This document shows positions 51,046 through 58,211 of a stretch of DNA of 64,000 bases, piece after piece. The notes beneath the pieces are model-generated. The model saw nothing but the letters and a program-made list of their open reading frames with translations. It was not told the DNA's origin and did not search any database. Every line of letters begins with the position of its first letter. Within the stretch, counting starts at the first letter, position 1. The position numbers and the translations under genes were made by a program. The DNA is from Candidatus Gastranaerophilales bacterium (GTDB lineage Bacteria; Cyanobacteriota; Vampirovibrionia; Gastranaerophilales; Gastranaerophilaceae): the NCBI GenBank assembly GCA_944323475.1, contig CALUSQ010000004.1, forward strand, positions 36,270 to 100,269. Reading direction: 5' to 3'.

Positions 51046-52050
51046 TTATTTGTCCTCCAATACTTTTTGACTTTGATTTGTATAAGAAGCAGCAGGAAGT
51101 AAAACTTCAAAAACAGAGCCGCTGTTTGGAAGAACTGTAGAGCTTTTTACAAATATTTGTCCACCCATTTTTTCAATAAGGTTTTTAACAATATACAAAC
51201 CAAGTCCGCTGCCTTGAGTTTTTCTGGTTAAATGATTTTCTATTCGTGCAAATTTTTCGAATATTTTTGACAAATTTTCAGGTTCTATACCTACGCCATG
51301 ATCTTCGATTTTTATACTTACAAAATTTTCTTTATGAGTTGAATTTGCAACTAACACTGACACTGTACCTTTTTCGTAAGAATATTTTGCGGCATTGTCT
51401 AAAAGATTTATCATAATTTGTTGGAATTTATTTTCATCAACAAGAATATTCTGAGTATTGTCTTCAACTTTAAGTTCAAAAGGATGGTCAGGGTATTGAT
51501 TTTTGACAAGAGCTATTACTTGTTCAATATGTGTTTTTGGATTGATTGATTTGTATACAAGATTTGATTGTTGAACTTGAATTTTAGAAATAGAAAGCAG
51601 ATTTTCTACGAGTTTAATAAGTCTGTTAGACTGTTCTTTGATTATGGTTAAAAACTTTTGGATTTGGTTTTTATCCAATTTGTCATAAGACATAAGCATT
51701 GTATCTGCAAAACCTCTAATACTTGTTAGAGGTGTTCTTAGTTCATGGCTTACTGTAGATATAAAATCAGAGTATATTTTTTCCATTTGATTATCGATTG
51801 CTGAAAGATAATAATATGAACAAAAATCATCATCATATTTTGAAATTTTGTATGTATAGTTTTTTATATCAACAGTTTCTTTTTTTTCCGGTAAAAAATC
51901 GTAGATATTTTTGTTTTTAAGTGTTTCGCAATTTGTATTGAACAATGAACAGAAAAATGTGTTGGCATAGATTATTTTGTTGTCATAATCTACTGCTATT
52001 ACGGCAGTTTCTAAATTGTCCAAAAGTTTTTTAAAATTTACTTTTTCCAT
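51046..52050 (-). CDS. cytoplasmic PAS-domain sensor histidine kinase
   Basis: 334 aa with no TM segment. H-box FISTVSHELRTPLTSIRGF, N-box NLLDNAAKYS, and G-boxes DHGVGI / GSGLGLYIVK. Confidence 0.85.
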   Translation of the reverse strand: MEKVNFKKLLDNLETAVIAVDYDNKIIYANTFFCSLFNTNCETLKNKNIYDFLPEKKETVDIKNYTYKISKYDDDFCSYYYLSAIDNQMEKIYSDFISTVSHELRTPLTSIRGFADTMLMSYDKLDKNQIQKFLTIIKEQSNRLIKLVENLLSISKIQVQQSNLVYKSINPKTHIEQVIALVKNQYPDHPFELKVEDNTQNILVDENKFQQIMINLLDNAAKYSYEKGTVSVLVANSTHKENFVSIKIEDHGVGIEPENLSKIFEKFARIENHLTRKTQGSGLGLYIVKNLIEKMGGQIFVKSSTVLPNSGSVFEVLLPAASYTNQSQKVLEDK

Positions 52051-52366
52051 ATTTTTATTATAACAATTTTGTTCTGATTTTATACTAACTTAAGCTTTTC
52101 TTAATTTTGTTTTTATACATAAAATATCTTTTTAAAATTACTTTAATGAGGTGATTTATTTGAATTCAAATTTTGTAAAAATAGTAATATATTCCCCACA
52201 AATACAGGTTAAAAAACAGCCTGATTACCCGACTATTATAAAAAGAGAGAAAGTAAAATGAATTTAAACGAAGAATGTTTGCTAAAATACCTTCAAAATC
52301 CGGAAGAGCTCATTGATTTGACCTCTATACTCGTAGATTTTAACATGTTTTTAAATAAAGAAAATT

Positions 52367-54226
52367 ATGAGTGTAATTATGGACAAAATTAAAGAATTTT
52401 TAAAAAATAAAATTTTTTTAAAATATTTTATTTATTCAATATATATACTTGCAACTGTAGGTGTATTGTTTACTTTACTGAGACAACCTGATATAAGAAA
52501 CTTTTTCTCAACAATTGAAAATAAAACTTTTGATGTTCGTCAAAATATATTAGCACCATATAAAAAAGTAAATAAAAATATAGTAATTCTTTCAGTAGAT
52601 GAAGAAAGCTATGAATATCTTTTGGAGAAATACGGTGAATGGCCTATATCAAGAAGCATTTATGCTGATATTATAAAATATTTAGAAAAACAAAAACCCG
52701 CTGTTGTTGCTTTTGATTTAATGTTTGTAAAATCTATAAAAAGTAGTAATGACGCAGATAACAAGTTAGCAAAAAATATAGCTCAATATGATAATGTTTT
52801 TACATCAATTAACTTTGATGACCAATCTTTTGATTTAAGAAAACCGGTCAATTTACCGGATAATATTAAAGCAAAGGTAATAAATGATTCTAATATTAAT
52901 TTTTTAAACGGGAATTTAAAATTTACAAATTGTAGAGCAATTATTAATCAAATTTTATATACAACACCAAATATCGGTCATATAAACTTGATGAGAGGAG
53001 AAGACGGCATAGCCAGAGACATTCCTCCTTTTGTTGTATACAAAAATGATTATTATCCTCATTTGGCTTTGAAAGTTGCTTTAAAATATTTGGAACAAAC
53101 AGAGGGACTTGAACAAAATGAATTTAAAATTGATAAAAATGCTAATCTTACCATAGGGACTAAAACTATTCCTTTAACAGGTAATGGTTCAGTTATTTTG
53201 AACTGGTATGGACCTAGCGGTGTAAATAATTCTTCAGGTTTTGAATATATTCCTATGTGGAAAGTTGAAAAAACAATGTATGAAGGTATGAATTTAATAC
53301 CTCAAAATTATTTTAAAGACAAAATTGTATACATAGGTACAAGTGCAACATCGTTGTTTGATTTGAAAAGTGTACCGACAGATAGAATTTTCCCCGGTGT
53401 TGAAATTCATACTACTTTTGTAAACAACATTATTGATAACAATTTTATAAAAAGAGTTCATCCTTTGACTGATATTGTTATTAGTTTACTTTTAAGTTTA
53501 TTTATTGGACTTATTGTAATAAGAAGTGAATCTACTATATTGTCTTCAATAATTGCTATTTTTACTTCAATAATTTATGCAATTGTTGCAACAATATTGA
53601 TGTATTTCTTTAATATTTGGGTTGGAATTATTCTTCAATTTGTTTCTATATTATTGATATTTATTGCGTGTTATCTTGCAAAATATATTGTTAAATCAAG
53701 AGATTTGGAATATACATATGCTCTTGCTACAACAGATGGTTTGACAGAGCTTTATAATCACAGATATTTTCAAGAACAAATGATTCAAAACATTGAAACA
53801 TCTAAAAGATATAATAAACCATTTTCTCTTATAATGATTGATATAGACTTTTTCAAAAAATTTAATGACAAATATGGCCATCAATCAGGTGATGCTGTTC
53901 TTAGACAAGTTGCAAATATACTAAAAAAGAATGTAAGAAGTTCAGATATTGTTTGCAGATATGGTGGTGAAGAAATGTCTATCATTCTTACACAAACAGG
54001 TCATGAAGAAGCTTTGGTTACAGCTCAAAAAATCTGTAATGCTGTTAGTGAACATCCTCTGAAGCTTGTTAACGGCAATGATGTTAGTGTAACAATAAGC
54101 CTTGGTGTATCAACATTCCCAATGAACGGGGAAACTCCTGCTGATATGATTAAATATGCTGATGATTGTTTGTATAAAGCAAAAGAACACGGTAGAAATC
54201 AAGTTGGAAACCTTGCTAAAGACTAA
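52367..54226 (+). CDS. CHASE2 sensor-domain diguanylate cyclase (GGDEF)
   Basis: 619 aa. N-terminal TM, CHASE2-like VILSVDEESYEYL...GEWPISRSIYADII...VVAFDLMF, three TM helices, then GGDEF with an intact RYGGEEMSII site and DIDFFKKFNDKYGH. Confidence 0.8.
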   Translation: MSVIMDKIKEFLKNKIFLKYFIYSIYILATVGVLFTLLRQPDIRNFFSTIENKTFDVRQNILAPYKKVNKNIVILSVDEESYEYLLEKYGEWPISRSIYADIIKYLEKQKPAVVAFDLMFVKSIKSSNDADNKLAKNIAQYDNVFTSINFDDQSFDLRKPVNLPDNIKAKVINDSNINFLNGNLKFTNCRAIINQILYTTPNIGHINLMRGEDGIARDIPPFVVYKNDYYPHLALKVALKYLEQTEGLEQNEFKIDKNANLTIGTKTIPLTGNGSVILNWYGPSGVNNSSGFEYIPMWKVEKTMYEGMNLIPQNYFKDKIVYIGTSATSLFDLKSVPTDRIFPGVEIHTTFVNNIIDNNFIKRVHPLTDIVISLLLSLFIGLIVIRSESTILSSIIAIFTSIIYAIVATILMYFFNIWVGIILQFVSILLIFIACYLAKYIVKSRDLEYTYALATTDGLTELYNHRYFQEQMIQNIETSKRYNKPFSLIMIDIDFFKKFNDKYGHQSGDAVLRQVANILKKNVRSSDIVCRYGGEEMSIILTQTGHEEALVTAQKICNAVSEHPLKLVNGNDVSVTISLGVSTFPMNGETPADMIKYADDCLYKAKEHGRNQVGNLAKD

Positions 54227-54227
54227 A

Positions 54228-54683
54228 TTAGAAACTTAAAAATCTAAAAAGTTTTTTAATGATTCCTTTTATATTTGATTCATATAGCATAGGATCGTTT
54301 TCATAGTATGGTTTGTATGCATCTATGATATTCTGAGGCAATGGGTTGCCGTCTTTGAAAGTAAAAGCTATTAGCTCCAGCAATTCTATTTGTTGATTGT
54401 TAAATTCTATATTTTTCTTTTTGATATCTTCATCTGCTTCATAATGACAAAGAGCATGCCAAGCAGCATGAATAGATGGATCTTCACAACCTTTTGGAAA
54501 AAGCAAAAGACCGTTTTTTACACTGATTCTTTCTGTCAAAACAGAGATTATTATATTTCCAACATATTTTCTTTGCGCAGCATAATCAACCTCAACAGGT
54601 GTTGAGACTAATTTTTTTTCAATTTTATTTTTAAAAAAAGATTTTATATTTGAAAAAATTATACTAATTCTGCTGTTTTGCAT
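54228..54683 (-). CDS. hypothetical protein co-transcribed with BlaI-like repressor
   Basis: 151-aa ORF overlapping the repressor gene end by 25 nt. Contains HAAWHALCHYE. No family recognised. Confidence 0.5.
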   Translation of the reverse strand: MQNSRISIIFSNIKSFFKNKIEKKLVSTPVEVDYAAQRKYVGNIIISVLTERISVKNGLLLFPKGCEDPSIHAAWHALCHYEADEDIKKKNIEFNNQQIELLELIAFTFKDGNPLPQNIIDAYKPYYENDPMLYESNIKGIIKKLFRFLSF

Positions 54684-55027
54684 TCTCTTTGGATTGCACC
54701 CATGGAAGAAATTGTTTGAACAAGTGAATTCATATCATTGTTGAAATATTGATTTGCTAACTTGCGAATAGCTTGTTGAGCCATTTCATCACGAGATGAA
54801 ACCGTTTTGTAGAAGAATTTTTTTCCTTGTTTGTATCTAACAAGCATGTTTTTTTCTACAAGTCTGTCCATTACGGTTTTTACTGTTGTATATGCTCTTT
54901 TTGTTTTTGACATGTTATTTATAGACTCTTGGACTTCATTTACAGAAACATCATTTTCAGATATTTCTTCAATCATCCAGATAGTTTTCATTATTTCATT
55001 TTCAAGGCTTCCGTGAGAATAATTCAT
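54659..55027 (-). CDS. BlaI/MecI/CopY-family winged-helix transcriptional repressor
   Basis: The track ORF extends to 55105; I prefer the ATG at 55027, preceded by AAGGA. LENEIMKTIW...VNEVQESI...RAYTTVKTVMDRLVEKNMLVRYKQGKKFFY matches the penicillinase-repressor fold pattern. Confidence 0.8.
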   Translation of the reverse strand: MNYSHGSLENEIMKTIWMIEEISENDVSVNEVQESINNMSKTKRAYTTVKTVMDRLVEKNMLVRYKQGKKFFYKTVSSRDEMAQQAIRKLANQYFNNDMNSLVQTISSMGAIQRECKTAELV

Positions 55028-55143
55028 TTTTAATCCTTTATTTATCTTACATACAATTACACTTATAGTAATATAAAACAAAAGAAAATAAAAGATTTTA
55101 GGCATAATTTCCCAAAATTTATTTTATTGTTTTAAAAATACTA

Positions 55144-55416
55144 CTAAATGCTGTCAAAAAGCGGTCCCATTTCTATTTTTTCATATCCGCCGCCTAAATC
55201 AATTACATTGCCCGAACTTTTAGCTGTAGGGGCACTTACTTGTTTGATTTGTGCAGAAGACGCTGCTTTTTCTTTGAAACCGCCGGTAAAATCATTGGCA
55301 TTTATTACTACACCGCTGCTTGTGTTGACAACAGATACATGGTTTTTATTACAGCCCGTAACCATAAAGGTCATTGCGCATATTATACAAACCACACTGT
55401 ATCTAATGATTTTCAT
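55144..55416 (-). CDS. small putative lipoprotein
   Basis: MKIIRYSVVCIICAMTFMVTGCNKN... is a signal peptide with lipobox V-T-G-C. The ORF is open to 55440. Confidence 0.55.
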   Translation of the reverse strand: MKIIRYSVVCIICAMTFMVTGCNKNHVSVVNTSSGVVINANDFTGGFKEKAASSAQIKQVSAPTAKSSGNVIDLGGGYEKIEMGPLFDSI

Positions 55417-55565
55417 TTCAGCTCCTGTATTTTTAAACACACTATATAAAATGGAATATCACTTGCGGTTTTCTACTACTATTATAGCATATGTATTTTA
55501 AAATGCACTATTTTTTTATAAAAAACCATACTTTAAGATGATATATTATTTATATATCTTAACAT

Positions 55566-57359
55566 TTGTTTCTGTTATTGTATAATATTCTAAAATTTAA
55601 TTTGATAAAAGGGAATTTAATATTGGAAAATTTTATACAGGATAATAGTACAGAAAGAATTATAAAAATAGCTAAAGGTGAACAAAAAGCAGATTTGGTA
55701 ATAAAAAATGCTAAATTAGTCAATGTGTTATCGGAAGAAATTTATGAAACAGATATTGCTATCGCTGACAATCTTGTAGTTGGTCTTGCAAAAAATTATG
55801 AAGGCATAAAAGAAATTGACGTAAAAGGAGCATATGTTACACCCGGATTTATAGATGGACATGTTCATATAGAAAGCTCTATGCTTGTTCCTTCTGAGTT
55901 TGCAAAAATGGTAGTCCCTTCAGGAACAACAACGGTTGTTGCTGACCCTCATGAGATTTCAAATGTTATGGGATTGCAGGGTATTAGTTTTATGAGAGAA
56001 GCATCAAAAGATTTGCCTTTGGATGTGTTTATGACATTACCGTCTTGTGTGCCGGCTACATCATTAGAAACTTCAGGTGTTGATTTAAACAGTTATGATT
56101 TGGCACTTTTAATAGGTGCACCTTGGGTTCTTGGTATTGCGGAAATGATGAATTTCCCTGGGGTAGTGAATTATGACAAGGGTGTTTTAAGTAAGATTAA
56201 ATTAGGTTTAGAAAAGAAAAAAAGAATAGACGGGCATGCTCCGAATTTAAGCGGAAAAGATTTAAATGCATATGTGGCAGCAGGTGTGCGTTCTGATCAT
56301 GAATGTACAAATCCCGAGGAAGCTATAGAAAAGCTTCGTTTGGGTATGTATCTTATGGTAAGAGAAGCTACAGGGGCAAGAGATTTGGAGCCATTGATTC
56401 CTGTTTTGAAAAAGATTAATACAAGAAAATGCATGTTTGTAACAGATGACAGACACCCTAAACATTTGAAAAAACATATTTCTCATATGGTGAAAAAAGC
56501 TGTTTCGATGGGTATAGACCCTATAAAAGCTGTCCAGATGGCAAGTTTGAATACAGCAGAATATTTCAATTTACAAAATCTTGGTGCGATTGCTCCGGGG
56601 TATAAAGCAGATATTTTAGTTTTTTCGGATTTAGAAAAATTTGAGCCCGAAATGGTATTCAAAAACGGTAAATTAGTGGCGCAAAATGGAAAAGTAATAG
56701 AAGATTTGAAAGATTTTAAATTACCGGTTTTAAGAGGTTCTGTTAATATTAAATACTTGTATCATGAAGATTTGCAGATAAAAGTTCCTAAAGATAAAAC
56801 AAAAATTAAGACAATAAATGTAATTCCAAAACAACTTATTACTCAAACAATTTATGAAAAAATTACAGAAAAAGATGGGTATGCCGTTTCTAGTATTAAC
56901 AATGATGTTTTAAAAATAGCTGTTATTGAACGTCATAAAGCTACAGGCAATATTGGTTTGGGATTTGTAAAAGGTTTTGGATTAACTTCAGGTGCGATTG
57001 CTTCGACCGTTGCGCATGATTCTCACAACATGATTGTTATTGGTACAAATGATGATGATATGTATTATGCAGCTGTTGAACTAGTAAAATCACAAGGTGG
57101 AAAAATAATTGTTGAAAACGGGAAAACATTGGCTCATCTTAAACTGCCTATAGCAGGTGTAATGTCCGATATGCCTTTTGAAAAAGTTTGTGAAAAAATT
57201 GAAGAACTTAATATTGCAGCAAAACAAATCGGATGCAAAATAGATGATCCGTTTATGAGCATGGCATTTTTATCTTTGTCTGTAATACCTGAATTAAAAA
57301 TTACTGATAAGGGTCTTATTGATGTGAATAGCTTTGAAATAACTGATTTATTTGTATAA
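55566..57359 (+). CDS. ade: adenine deaminase
   Basis: 597 aa. GFIDGHVHIESSM, VADPHEI, and amidohydrolase-fold motifs. Start uncertain: TTG at 55566 or TTG at 55623 after AAGGGA. Confidence 0.85.
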   Translation: MFLLLYNILKFNLIKGNLILENFIQDNSTERIIKIAKGEQKADLVIKNAKLVNVLSEEIYETDIAIADNLVVGLAKNYEGIKEIDVKGAYVTPGFIDGHVHIESSMLVPSEFAKMVVPSGTTTVVADPHEISNVMGLQGISFMREASKDLPLDVFMTLPSCVPATSLETSGVDLNSYDLALLIGAPWVLGIAEMMNFPGVVNYDKGVLSKIKLGLEKKKRIDGHAPNLSGKDLNAYVAAGVRSDHECTNPEEAIEKLRLGMYLMVREATGARDLEPLIPVLKKINTRKCMFVTDDRHPKHLKKHISHMVKKAVSMGIDPIKAVQMASLNTAEYFNLQNLGAIAPGYKADILVFSDLEKFEPEMVFKNGKLVAQNGKVIEDLKDFKLPVLRGSVNIKYLYHEDLQIKVPKDKTKIKTINVIPKQLITQTIYEKITEKDGYAVSSINNDVLKIAVIERHKATGNIGLGFVKGFGLTSGAIASTVAHDSHNMIVIGTNDDDMYYAAVELVKSQGGKIIVENGKTLAHLKLPIAGVMSDMPFEKVCEKIEELNIAAKQIGCKIDDPFMSMAFLSLSVIPELKITDKGLIDVNSFEITDLFV

Positions 57360-57457
57360 AATTTTAAATGTTACAATTGTAAAATTTATTATAAATTTTG
57401 CAAAAAAATTTTTATTCTTGTGTTTATATATATAGTGGAAAGCGAAGGTGTTCTTTA

Positions 57458-57607
57458 ATGTATAGTTTGGAATTTATGAAATTTTTAATCGCTAGAGATG
57501 CAGATAATTATATAAACAAAGAAAGCAAAACTGATAAAAGTAAAGATAATCCTATTTTTAGATATGCAAAACTTGCTACAGTTCCAATTGAAGTAAAAGA
57601 AAAATAA
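57458..57607 (+). CDS. small hypothetical protein (49 aa from internal ATG)
   Basis: ATG at 57458 preceded by GAAGGTG, with a terminator just downstream. No family recognised. Confidence 0.3.
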   Translation: MYSLEFMKFLIARDADNYINKESKTDKSKDNPIFRYAKLATVPIEVKEK

Positions 57608-57626
57608 AAATTTTGATAAAATGAAT

Positions 57627-57660
57627 AAAAAAAACCGACCTTACAAAGGTCGGTTTTTTA
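57627..57660. terminator. bidirectional rho-independent terminator
   Basis: ccgacctt (57635-57642) pairs with aaggtcgg (57646-57653). An A-run lies upstream and a T-run downstream. It sits between convergent genes. Confidence 0.75.
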
Positions 57661-57663
57661 TCT

Positions 57664-57870
57664 TTATCTTTGTTCAATCAATGCATTAATTTCTGCAACC
57701 ATAACCTCAGGATCAACACCGTGAACTTTGGCACCTGCTTCAAGATTTTCAAAATGAGCAGCAGCACATCCTATGCAACCAAGCCCATATTTTGCAAAAA
57801 CTTCTAATGCTTCCGGGTAATTTTGAACTATCTCAATTAGTCCCATGTCTTTTGTAACTTTTCCTGACAT
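57664..57870 (-). CDS. DUF1858-type small redox-disulfide protein (hybrid-cluster-protein-associated family)
   Basis: 68 aa. MSGKVTKDMGLIEIVQNYPEALEVFAKYGLGCIGCAAAHFENLEAGAKVHGVD, with the CxxC in the typical position. Confidence 0.75.
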   Translation of the reverse strand: MSGKVTKDMGLIEIVQNYPEALEVFAKYGLGCIGCAAAHFENLEAGAKVHGVDPEVMVAEINALIEQR

Positions 57871-57976
57871 AATGATTTATCCTTTCATACTTTTATAAAT
57901 TTCAACTAATTTTGACTATCTGTCAATTTTCATTAATAAGATTATAACATCAAAATTATATTTAACGGGGTGTGCC

Positions 57977-58171
57977 ATGTTATTTATTAAAAAATTTTTT
58001 AATAAAGTAAAAAAAATTTTTTGTATACCACAAGCACCTATAGGATTAAAAGCTATGGGTATTAGAGCAAAATATTTAGATAAAGTATATGGTTTTAATT
58101 ACAGTGCAAATAGATTCTATACAAAACTATTGTCACCTGTGAATTCTCCTTATTATTTTAAAGAATTATAA
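57977..58171 (+). CDS. hypothetical small basic protein
   Basis: 64-aa ORF with GGGGTG 6 nt upstream of the ATG. No family recognised. Confidence 0.3.
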   Translation: MLFIKKFFNKVKKIFCIPQAPIGLKAMGIRAKYLDKVYGFNYSANRFYTKLLSPVNSPYYFKEL

Positions 58172-58174
58172 TTA

Positions 58175-58208
58175 CAAAAAAGGGATGAATTATAATTCAT
58201 CCCTTTTA
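58175..58208 (-). terminator. rho-independent terminator after the 664-aa glycine-rich gene
   Basis: gggatgaatt-at-aattcatccc palindrome (58182-58203), followed on the minus strand by TTTTTTG. Confidence 0.7.
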
Positions 58209-58211
58209 ATT

